This document shows positions 28,600-36,923 of a stretch of DNA of 64,000 nucleotides, piece after piece; the stretch's first letter is position 1, and each line of letters starts with the position of its first letter. Below the pieces are notes generated by a model. That model saw nothing but the letters and a program-made list of their open reading frames with translations. It made no database searches and was not told the DNA's origin. This DNA is from an uncultured SAR86 cluster bacterium (lineage in GTDB: Bacteria > Pseudomonadota > Gammaproteobacteria > Magnimaribacterales > D2472). A program made the translations under genes and the position numbers. The stretch lies in contig CABXVU010000003.1 of NCBI GenBank assembly GCA_902515775.1, positions 32,348 to 96,347 on the forward strand, read 5' to 3'.

Positions 28600-29457
28600 C
28601 TATTTTGAGATTGTTACTTTATTAGAATAAATTTCATGAAATAGTTTAATTGCAATGGAATCTGATATGCCCCATTTTGTAGAGGTAATTTGTTGAATTT
28701 CTAATTGCTCTGAAATAAATTTAAAAATATTTAAAGCGTGATCTATAACATCAGCTCTATCAGGAGAAAATGCATATTTTTTAATTTTTTCTTCTGTAGT
28801 CAGTTTAGATATTTTTTTCACTTTTTTTCTAAATTCACTTAATGACATGTCTTTTGCTTTATGTGCGTTAAGAAATGATCTAATGTTTCCACCTATACCA
28901 ATTAATTTTTTCTTTGGTTTAATAGATTGCAGCCACTCCTCTAAACGATTCCATTCTTGTTGTTCATCTTTACCAAGTAAATTACGAACTGCTCCAAGTT
29001 GAAAAGATCGAATCACAGTATCTTCATTATTACGAATAAAGAATTCAGTGCTACCTCCTCCTAAGTCAACAAAAATCTTATTTTTACCAGTATTACTTTT
29101 AGGATGAAATCGAATTAATTTTGCCTCTTCTAGTCCAGATATCACTCTTAGGGGCCGGTTGATAGCTGTTTCTATATATCGCCTTGCATCTTCAGAGTTT
29201 TCTGTATCTCTAAATGCCGAGGTAGCCACGATTTCATATTGCGTAATAAGATTCTGCGTAAATATTTCCTCATATTCACGAATTGTTTTAATTACTTGAT
29301 CAAGTTTAGATTCACTTAAATTTCCTTGATTGAATACATCACTTCCAAGCCTGATCGGCGATCTGATTCCTTGAACAAACTCTATAGAGGCAGGAGTTGT
29401 TTTAAATATTTTTGATTTAATAGCATTAGTCCCTATGTCAATCGATGCAATCTTCAT
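28600..29457 (-). CDS. ppx: Ppx/GppA-family phosphatase (short form, ASKHA domains only)
   Basis: N-terminal IASIDIGTNAIKSKIF and DLGGGSTEF. At 285 aa it has no C-terminal HD region. Confidence 0.75.
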   Translation of the reverse strand: MKIASIDIGTNAIKSKIFKTTPASIEFVQGIRSPIRLGSDVFNQGNLSESKLDQVIKTIREYEEIFTQNLITQYEIVATSAFRDTENSEDARRYIETAINRPLRVISGLEEAKLIRFHPKSNTGKNKIFVDLGGGSTEFFIRNNEDTVIRSFQLGAVRNLLGKDEQQEWNRLEEWLQSIKPKKKLIGIGGNIRSFLNAHKAKDMSLSEFRKKVKKISKLTTEEKIKKYAFSPDRADVIDHALNIFKFISEQLEIQQITSTKWGISDSIAIKLFHEIYSNKVTISK

Positions 29458-30293
29458 TAATCATCATCCATATATTTGCTTAAAATCTTATATTGCTCAT
29501 AGTCTAAGTTATTAAATTCAACTCCCTCTAACAAAACTTTATAGTTATTTATATTTTTTGACCATGTAAGAGGTTTCAAAAGTTTTTTGTTTTCATAATC
29601 TGTTTGATTAAGTAAAAATCTTAACGCTGTAAGGCGAGCAATCATTTTATTATTGGCGTTGATTGCAATCCATGGAGAAAAATCGGGAGAAGTTTTTTCA
29701 AACATTTGTTCTTTGTATAGTGTAAATGCATCCCATTTGGTGACGATGCGTTCATCATTAGGAGAGAGTTTCCAATATTTAAGTTCCGAATGTTTACGAG
29801 CTTTCATTCTTCGCTTTTGTTGATCTTTAGATAATGAAAAATAAAATTTAATAATTTCAACTCCAGAATCTATGAGATTTTGTTCCCATGAAAGGACCTG
29901 ATTCATAAAATCTCTATATTGCTTTTCACTGCAATAACCCATGACTGGTTCTGTTAAGGCTCTTGTATACCAAGATCTGTCAAGAAAGGCTATTTCACCT
30001 TTTTTAGGAATAACTTTTTTCCATCGTTGAAACCAATGTGCAGATTCCCATTTAGTTGGTATGCCAAGATTTACATATTTAAAGTTTTTTGGAATTAAGT
30101 ATTGAGTAAAAAATTTATATGCTGAGCTTTTGCCTGCTGTATCTCTTCCTTCTAAAACAATACAAATTCTCCGTTTATTTTTTATCACATCCTCTTGAAG
30201 CTTTAGAAGTTCAATTTGAAGCCTTCTTTTCTCAAGTTGATACGATTTATCGTTGAGTTTTTGATATTCTTTTTGATCAAATGAAATGAGCAT
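29457..30293 (-). CDS. ppk2: polyphosphate kinase 2
   Basis: Walker A-like LEGRDTAGKSS, the PPK2-type DRSWY motif, and a single-domain size (278 aa). Confidence 0.85.
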   Translation of the reverse strand: MLISFDQKEYQKLNDKSYQLEKRRLQIELLKLQEDVIKNKRRICIVLEGRDTAGKSSAYKFFTQYLIPKNFKYVNLGIPTKWESAHWFQRWKKVIPKKGEIAFLDRSWYTRALTEPVMGYCSEKQYRDFMNQVLSWEQNLIDSGVEIIKFYFSLSKDQQKRRMKARKHSELKYWKLSPNDERIVTKWDAFTLYKEQMFEKTSPDFSPWIAINANNKMIARLTALRFLLNQTDYENKKLLKPLTWSKNINNYKVLLEGVEFNNLDYEQYKILSKYMDDD

Positions 30294-30420
30294 AAATAAT
30301 ATTTACGGTTTTATCTAATAAAGAATTTATTAAATAGTTATTGTAGCTTGAGATTGCATTTTTTAACTTAAGAAAAATAAAATTTTATAATAAGTTCCAA
30401 ATAAGTATTAATATATTCAT

Positions 30421-30903
30421 ATGAACAAAGATCTAGAAAAACGCGTTCAAGCATTAGAAGATACTTTAGCTATTCAGAATTTGAAACATACATATCTCAA
30501 TGCATGCGATACAAAAGATGTCGATGCAATGATTGAAACATTTGTGGCCTCTGAATGCATGATTGATTATGGTCCAGTTGGCTCCTTTTCAAATAGAAAT
30601 GAGCTAGCAGCTGTTTTCCAAGAAGCTGCATGTCATGACTACATGCTTGAATCTCATCATGCACATAACCCACTAATTAATATCATTGATGCCGAAAATG
30701 CTACTGGAAAATGGGCGCTAACCTATAATTTAATAAACACAAATGATAAGACAATTACAACCTTGCAAGGTGAGTATCATGACGTATATAAAAAAATTGA
30801 TAATAAATGGTTAATCAAGGAAACAACATTTGTTGGATGTTCTTCGATTAACTTGGAATTAGAAGAAGATTTGCTAAAGGTTATTTTTGCGGGGAGACCT
30901 TAA
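30421..30903 (+). CDS. NTF2/SnoaL-like fold protein
   Basis: The opening LEDTLAIQNLKHTYLNACD and the 160-aa length are typical of SnoaL_4-type proteins. Confidence 0.55.
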   Translation: MNKDLEKRVQALEDTLAIQNLKHTYLNACDTKDVDAMIETFVASECMIDYGPVGSFSNRNELAAVFQEAACHDYMLESHHAHNPLINIIDAENATGKWALTYNLINTNDKTITTLQGEYHDVYKKIDNKWLIKETTFVGCSSINLELEEDLLKVIFAGRP

Positions 30904-31493
30904 GCGGGAGTGGCGATGCAGCTCAAAAGATAAGCATTTGCAGCTCTTACCGCTTCATTTAATCCAACTTCAGTTAGCTTAGTGGTCTCTTTGACGTCTA
31001 ATGAGAGAATAGACACAATGATTTGAGTCACAACTAGAAATACACCAGACTTGTTAAACATACTTGGTAGCCCGATAGATTGCTCAATATGCATTTGAAT
31101 GGTCTCTGCAATTTCATATAAATCAGAACTCGGCATGGGAGGCGAGACAGTATTTTCTAGTAGTAGTTTTTGAGCTCCCGGATTGTTTCGATAGAATTCA
31201 ATAATTAAAATCACACATTCCTTTAAACAAAGCATGTAATCCGCCTCAGGGTTTTGACTTAAATTACTTTTGAGATACTGATTACAATCCTCCAAATATC
31301 TTTTAATTAGAGCTGACTTGATTTCATCAGGAGTTTCAAAAAATTTATATGTTGAGGTACGTTTTAAACCAGCAAACATAGAAATCTTTGCAATAGTCAG
31401 TGATTCGATGTTGCTTTCTTCTAACAGATCATTAGATGCATCTAAAATCTTTTTTATGCGTTCAATGCTTCTTTTCTGTTTTGGTTTTTGCAT
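30900..31493 (-). CDS. TetR-family transcriptional regulator
   Basis: N-terminal HTH region SIERIKKILDASNDLLEESNIESLTIAKISMFAGLKRTSTYKFF. Confidence 0.8.
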   Translation of the reverse strand: MQKPKQKRSIERIKKILDASNDLLEESNIESLTIAKISMFAGLKRTSTYKFFETPDEIKSALIKRYLEDCNQYLKSNLSQNPEADYMLCLKECVILIIEFYRNNPGAQKLLLENTVSPPMPSSDLYEIAETIQMHIEQSIGLPSMFNKSGVFLVVTQIIVSILSLDVKETTKLTEVGLNEAVRAANAYLLSCIATPA

Positions 31494-31559
31494 AATTTAT
31501 TATCGACATTTGTTGTAAAAAAAACAATTAAACTAGCACAATAAAAAAAAATAGTGTAT

Positions 31560-31592
31560 TGTGTCATTATTGTGACATAAATGTGTCACCAT
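31560..31592. promoter_or_regulatory. three tandem 11-bp units forming overlapping TGTCA/TGACA palindromes (candidate operator)
   Basis: The units are TGTGTCATTAT / TGTGACATAAA / TGTGTCACCAT. TGTCA-N6-TGACA-N6-TGTCA lies about 70 bp upstream of the tetR start. Confidence 0.4.
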
Positions 31593-31775
31593 AGAAACAG
31601 TAAATATGAATACAAAAAAAATTCTTAAGCAACATGGCTTGCTACCAAAGGCTTCAAAAGCACATGAAATGCAATTGTTTGGATTTTTATCAATGTGGGT
31701 AGTTTTAACAGCTATAGTCTATTTTTCTTAAAAATAAAATTTTTCTAAGATCAGAAATTATTTTTAGGCATATTT

Positions 31776-31793
31776 GTGTCATTTTTATGTCAC
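31776..31793 (+). promoter_or_regulatory. Pho-box-like PhoB binding site upstream of pit
   Basis: GTGTCATTTTTATGTCAC compares with the E. coli consensus CTGTCATA(A/T)A(A/T)CTGTCA(C/T). The two TGTCA(T/C) half-sites are 11 bp apart. A CATAGT -10-like hexamer follows at about 31800. Confidence 0.55.
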
Positions 31794-31907
31794 TTGCTTC
31801 ATAGTTTTGTTGCAAACAAACTAAAAATTGTTTCAAAGAATTAATCATATTTTCACATAAATCTTCTCTAATAAGATCCATATTTTAACTATCTTACATT
31901 TCAAAAT

Positions 31908-33158
31908 ATGGAAACTTTATTTTTAGATCCTTTCACAATATTACTTATAGCTGGTTTCATTGGTTTTTTCATGGCGTTTGGCATCGGGGCAAATGACGTT
32001 GCCAATTCAATGGGAACATCAGTTGGAAGTAGAGCTATCACTATAAAACAAGCCATAATCATTGCAGCAATATTTGAATTTCTTGGAGCATTTTTAGCTG
32101 GTGGAGAGGTTACTTCAACCATCAGAAAAGGGATTGTTGATCCAGAGTTATACGCAGATCAGACAAATATTTTTGTTATTGGAATGCTTTCAGCGCTTCT
32201 TGCTGGAGGAACCTGGTTGTATTTAGCTAGCTTAAGAGGTTGGCCAGTTTCAACTACTCATACTATCGTTGGTTCAATTGTTGGATTTGTTTTGATTACC
32301 AAAGGCGTTGACGCTGTTTCATGGGGCAAAGTAGGTAATATTGCTATGAGCTGGTTCACATCTCCATTATTTTCAGCAACATTAGCGTTTGGTTTATATA
32401 TTTCCGCTAAAAAACTTATTTTAGACAGATCTAATCCTGGTGAAGCTGCGATAAATTACATCCCTTTTTATAGCTTTCTTGTTGCTGTTGTCATTTCACT
32501 TGTTACTGCAAGAAAGGGCTTAAAGCATGTTGGAGTTGAGTTCACTGATAATGAAGTCTATTTATTTATTGCAATATTTAGCTCACTAGTTGGGCTTGCA
32601 ACCGCTTTTTTCTTAAGAACCAATAAAGAACAAATTATGCGAGAGGGCGGCATTGAATTTGCTTTCGGTATATTAATGGTTGTGTCTGCTAGTGCTATGG
32701 CCTTTGCACATGGATCAAATGATGTTGCGAATGCAATTGGTCCTTTGGCAGCAATTGTAAGTGTTGTAGACACAGGAGAAATAGGATCTAAAGCTGCTAT
32801 TAGTCCCTGGGTCCTATTTATTGGAGCGATTGGAATTGTTTTTGGTTTAGCCACTCTTGGATCAAGAGTAATTACAACAGTTGGCAGAAAAATCACAGCC
32901 CTAACACCTAGTCTTGGATTTTCAGCTGAGATGGCTACAGCATCAACAGTTGTTGCTGCATCATATTTAGGCTTTCCAATTTCAACAACTCATACACTGG
33001 TTGGAGGAGTAATTGGTGTTGGTTTAGCTAAGGGTGCTGAGCATTTAGATTTTTCATCAATAAAAAGAATTATTGCCTCTTGGTTAGTAACAATTCCAGC
33101 TGGAGCCGCATTTACCGTTTTATTTTATGTTTTACTCAGAATTATTTTCGGAGTGTAG
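31908..33158 (+). CDS. pit: inorganic phosphate transporter, PiT family
   Basis: The duplicated signature GANDVANSMGTSVGS (N-terminal half) and GSNDVANAIGPLAA (C-terminal half) is present, and the protein is multi-TM. Confidence 0.9.
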   Translation: METLFLDPFTILLIAGFIGFFMAFGIGANDVANSMGTSVGSRAITIKQAIIIAAIFEFLGAFLAGGEVTSTIRKGIVDPELYADQTNIFVIGMLSALLAGGTWLYLASLRGWPVSTTHTIVGSIVGFVLITKGVDAVSWGKVGNIAMSWFTSPLFSATLAFGLYISAKKLILDRSNPGEAAINYIPFYSFLVAVVISLVTARKGLKHVGVEFTDNEVYLFIAIFSSLVGLATAFFLRTNKEQIMREGGIEFAFGILMVVSASAMAFAHGSNDVANAIGPLAAIVSVVDTGEIGSKAAISPWVLFIGAIGIVFGLATLGSRVITTVGRKITALTPSLGFSAEMATASTVVAASYLGFPISTTHTLVGGVIGVGLAKGAEHLDFSSIKRIIASWLVTIPAGAAFTVLFYVLLRIIFGV

Positions 33159-33161
33159 AAA

Positions 33162-34097
33162 GTGTCTTCTAGATATTTTATAAATAAGGTATTTATTATT
33201 GCATTTTCATTTTTTTTATTAGGCAATAGTGTCTTTGCATCGCCTACCTGGTACGGAAAAATATTTGTTGACGCTCAGTCTTTTTCCAATGATGTCATGG
33301 GAACCAAAACTGATATTAAAAATAATTCTTCAAGATTAGGGCTAAAAGGTGAGTATTCTTTTTCTGAAAATTCTAATCTTAGATTAATTTATCAAGCAGA
33401 GTATCAGTTTGATCCTGTAGATGGAAAGGCTAGAGGAGATGATGGTACTCTCAAACAGCGGAATACATTCCTTGGTATTAAATCAAATATAGGGACACTT
33501 TTTGCAGGCACCCACGATTCAGCGCTTAAAAAGTCTCAATTAAAAATTGATTTATTTAATGATCTTGCACCCGATATTAAAAATATTCTACATGGCGAAA
33601 ATCGGCTTGAAGATTTTATTGGTTATACAACCCCAAAATACAAAAACATGATTTCCGCAACATTTAATAGTATTAAAAATCCCTCATCAGAAAAAAAATA
33701 TAAATCTTATTCAATAAATTTTTCTAGCGATGCTTTTCAAGCAGCTATAGGAATTGATGAATCAATGAAAGGTTATGATAGCTCGAGAATCTCAATTTTA
33801 ATTCCAATTAATAAATTTAAGATTGGATTGTTGGCTCAAAAAACTAAAAATCTTGTATCAGGTCAAAGTGATAGTGGGCATGTCACTAGTTTATCCAGAA
33901 AAATAAGCTCCAAGGGAACGTTTAAAATTCAACGCTCATCATCAAACATGAAGATAAGCACAGGAAGACAAACCACAATTGGATATGATTACCAATTTAA
34001 AAAATATCTTAAAATTTTTACATTCTATTCTCAATTGGAGTCCAATAATTCAAAAGAGAAAGACATTTTTTCCATAGGGCTAGAATATAAATTTTAA
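33162..34097 (+). CDS. Gram-negative porin
   Basis: Signal peptide, WYGKIFVDAQ...SRLGLKGEYSF typical of the first porin strands, and C-terminal GLEYKF. GTG start 3 nt after pit. Confidence 0.7.
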   Translation: MSSRYFINKVFIIAFSFFLLGNSVFASPTWYGKIFVDAQSFSNDVMGTKTDIKNNSSRLGLKGEYSFSENSNLRLIYQAEYQFDPVDGKARGDDGTLKQRNTFLGIKSNIGTLFAGTHDSALKKSQLKIDLFNDLAPDIKNILHGENRLEDFIGYTTPKYKNMISATFNSIKNPSSEKKYKSYSINFSSDAFQAAIGIDESMKGYDSSRISILIPINKFKIGLLAQKTKNLVSGQSDSGHVTSLSRKISSKGTFKIQRSSSNMKISTGRQTTIGYDYQFKKYLKIFTFYSQLESNNSKEKDIFSIGLEYKF

Positions 34098-34136
34098 AAT
34101 TTTTTAATGATTTTATATTAGCGTTACAATGTAGAC

Positions 34137-35183
34137 ATGTCTTGGTTTGTAAAGCTCATCTTCTCTTTAAGTATTTTCTTTTTAGCTAGTTGCTCCAGTG
34201 ATTACTCGATTAATGCAATTGCTGAGACAGAGCCTGTTGCATCGAGTGGAGATGCCGCAGATGATCCAGCAATAGTTATAAATTTTAGTAATCCAGCGCA
34301 ATCACTTATTTTTGGAACTGATAAGCGAGCAGGAGTTTATTTATATAATCTTTCTGGAGAAAAAATTTCATATGCTTCTTTAGGCGAAATAAATAACATA
34401 GACGTTAGACAGGCTGATAATAAAATTTATGTAGCTGCATCAAATAGAACAGCTCAATCAATTGAGTTTTGGGAATTTAATCAGCAAGAATTTTTTAAAA
34501 ATATTGTTTATTCAGATAACCTTTTTGATTTATCTACGCAGTCAATAACCATACCTACTAATATAGATGTCTATGGTATTTGTGCTGGCTTAATAGATGG
34601 AGTGCCCATTGTTTTTATTACAGAGGATAAGGGTCCTCGCGTTGAGTTGTGGGTACCCCAGACTCGAACACTCATAGGAACTTTCAGTAATGGAGGCGAA
34701 TCAGAGGGTTGCGTTTTTGATGATGAAAATAAAACGGTTTTTATTTCAGAAGAAGAGGTGAATGGAGTTTTAAAAACCTACAACTTAAATAATGAATTTC
34801 CATTTGAAAGTCCCTTCATTGTGGATTCTCGAGAGGGAAATATTGGCGGTGATCCAGAGGGGCTTACAATCTATAAAACTTCTGAAAAAGAGGGTTATAT
34901 CTTACTTTCATCCCAAGGAGATAATAAATACAACGTTTATAATCGAATTTATCCTCACGAATTTATCTCAAGTTTTACTATTGATGATGACCCCCAAGGC
35001 ATTGACGGCACATCAGAAACTGATGGGATCGACGTCACCAATTACAATCTAAGAGGTAAATTTTCCAAAGGTCTGTTTGTTGCTCAGGACGGTTACAACT
35101 TTGATGGAAAAGAGCTGAAGAATCAAAATTTTAAAATTGTTCCTTTTAATCCCATTCTTAAATTTATAAATAAAAGAAAGTAG
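34137..35183 (+). CDS. beta-propeller phytase (3-phytase), lipoprotein
   Basis: Lipobox FLASC. AADDPAIVINFSNPAQSLIFGTDKRAGVYLYNLSGEK matches the BPP DDPAIW...GT.K..G..VY.L.G signature. Confidence 0.8.
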   Translation: MSWFVKLIFSLSIFFLASCSSDYSINAIAETEPVASSGDAADDPAIVINFSNPAQSLIFGTDKRAGVYLYNLSGEKISYASLGEINNIDVRQADNKIYVAASNRTAQSIEFWEFNQQEFFKNIVYSDNLFDLSTQSITIPTNIDVYGICAGLIDGVPIVFITEDKGPRVELWVPQTRTLIGTFSNGGESEGCVFDDENKTVFISEEEVNGVLKTYNLNNEFPFESPFIVDSREGNIGGDPEGLTIYKTSEKEGYILLSSQGDNKYNVYNRIYPHEFISSFTIDDDPQGIDGTSETDGIDVTNYNLRGKFSKGLFVAQDGYNFDGKELKNQNFKIVPFNPILKFINKRK

Positions 35184-35185
35184 TT

Positions 35186-36025
35186 TTATTCTTTGGTTGT
35201 TGATTCAATAAGTTCTGTTGAGTAACCTGAGTAAACCTCTATGAACTCTGGATGAGTCAATATCCAAAATTCATCATTTTCAATTTTTTTAAAAACAATG
35301 ATAGCTAAGTCTTCAGGACTCATGCCTTCTTTAACGCCATCAGCAAGCCATTGAGCATTATTCTTGGCGCTTTCGTGTTGGTCAATTGAGGATTCGTCAA
35401 GATCTAATCCAAGGTGATCTCTTTCAATGATGTTGGTTTGAACTAATCCAGGACAGAGTACAGACACCCCAACCTTATCAATGTCTGCTAAATCCTCATG
35501 TAAGGTTCGGGTTAAACCTACAACTGCATGCTTGGTCGTTGTATAAGGAGCAAGCGCAGGGCCAACAATGATACCTGCCATGGATGATGTATTAATAATG
35601 TGACAGCGTTCTTGGCTAGCAACCATCTCATCAACAAACAGATTTAAGCCATAAATTATACTCATTAAATTTACATCAATAATTCGTTGCCAGTTTTTTT
35701 GGTCTGCTTTCCATGCTCTACCTTCTAAAAAGATTCCTGCGTTATTAAATAGGAAATGAACTGTGCCAAACTCACTTTCAATTTGTCCTTTCGCTTTTGC
35801 AAAGTCTTCTAAGTTAGATACATCACACTGGATGATCATCGATGGACAATCTGCCATAAGGCTATGAGTCTCACTTAAACCATTTTTGTTGAGGTCCATT
35901 AAGACTACATTCATTTGAAGTTTTGCAGCATGCAATGCCAAGCCTCTACCAATTCCACTGGCAGCACCTGTAATTAAGACAGTTTTATTTGTAAAAATAT
36001 CAGCTTGCAAGATACCCACCATCAA
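35186..36025 (-). CDS. SDR family oxidoreductase
   Basis: TGAASGIGR, NNAG, and YTTTKHA (Y-x3-K). Confidence 0.9.
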   Translation of the reverse strand: MMVGILQADIFTNKTVLITGAASGIGRGLALHAAKLQMNVVLMDLNKNGLSETHSLMADCPSMIIQCDVSNLEDFAKAKGQIESEFGTVHFLFNNAGIFLEGRAWKADQKNWQRIIDVNLMSIIYGLNLFVDEMVASQERCHIINTSSMAGIIVGPALAPYTTTKHAVVGLTRTLHEDLADIDKVGVSVLCPGLVQTNIIERDHLGLDLDESSIDQHESAKNNAQWLADGVKEGMSPEDLAIIVFKKIENDEFWILTHPEFIEVYSGYSTELIESTTKE

Positions 36026-36764
36026 TGGGGTAATAAGATCCTGTAATATAAGATGCTTCTGATGATGCTAAAAAATATATTAAATTAGCCACTTCATCTG
36101 CAGAAGCCACTCTTTTCATAGGAACTCTTTGCAAAAGGTATTGCATGACATTTTCATCTTTCATCAATTCTGTATTCATTGGCGTATCTATGACACCTGG
36201 ACCGATTGCATTTGCCCTTATGTTAATCGTTGCGTAGTCTTGCGCAATTGATTTGGTGAGACCAACCACGGCATGTTTGGAGGCACCATACGAAGCTTGA
36301 GCTGCACTGGCTCTTGTTCCCATTATCGATGCCACATTCACAATGGAACCTTCTTCAATGTTCATCGCAGTAGCAAGCTTTAAGAATTCTCTACAGGCAT
36401 AAAAAGTTCCATGTAAATTTATGTCTATGGTTCTGAGCCATTCATCTACTGAGTATTCATGCAAGGGATTCAATGCTGGGCTGATGCCTGCACAATTAAT
36501 TAATACTTGAGCAGGGCGTTTTTCCTCTAATAAGGCATTAAAAATAGACTCAATTTGAGAATGATTTGTTATATCGCAATGAGTAAAATTTAATTTGTAT
36601 GTATCTGATTTAAGGTCATTGATTGATTTATCTCCAGTTTCTTTATTAGCGTCTAAGCTCAACACCTCATATCCTTCTTTTAAAAAACGTTTTACTGCGC
36701 CTAGACCGATTCCAGAGGCTCCGCCAGTTATCACTGCCAAAGGTTGAGGTTTATTAGTCGACAT
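36000..36764 (-). CDS. SDR family oxidoreductase
   Basis: TGGASGIGL, NCAG, and YGASKHA (Y-x3-K). Confidence 0.9.
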   Translation of the reverse strand: MSTNKPQPLAVITGGASGIGLGAVKRFLKEGYEVLSLDANKETGDKSINDLKSDTYKLNFTHCDITNHSQIESIFNALLEEKRPAQVLINCAGISPALNPLHEYSVDEWLRTIDINLHGTFYACREFLKLATAMNIEEGSIVNVASIMGTRASAAQASYGASKHAVVGLTKSIAQDYATINIRANAIGPGVIDTPMNTELMKDENVMQYLLQRVPMKRVASADEVANLIYFLASSEASYITGSYYPIDGGYLAS

Positions 36765-36923
36765 ATCTATTTATAAAAATTTATTCTTAAAGTTCTAACT
36801 AATCCACTATAACGAATCATGAATTTTCTAACAATATAAATAAAATGATTAGATTTCTTGACAAAAAAAATCCTATTGATACTCGTTGATTAATGAATTT
36901 ATTTATAAGATAGTTAAATCCTA

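Noticed and set aside
32558-32896. 112-aa minus-strand ORF inside pit
   Set aside because: It is antisense to a PiT gene with both signature repeats, and its hydrophobicity merely mirrors the membrane protein opposite. The same reasoning applies to 31901-32122, 41707-42045, 49943-50257, 53250-53519 and the other short antisense or alternative-frame ORFs in the track.
36765-36923. Tiny ORFs (6-14 codons) and the TTGACA hexamer in the SDR/ligase divergent region, considered as leader peptides or a promoter
   Set aside because: No matching -10 hexamer at proper spacing could be fixed, and the mini-ORFs have no RBS or attenuator-like hairpins. The evidence is too weak to annotate.
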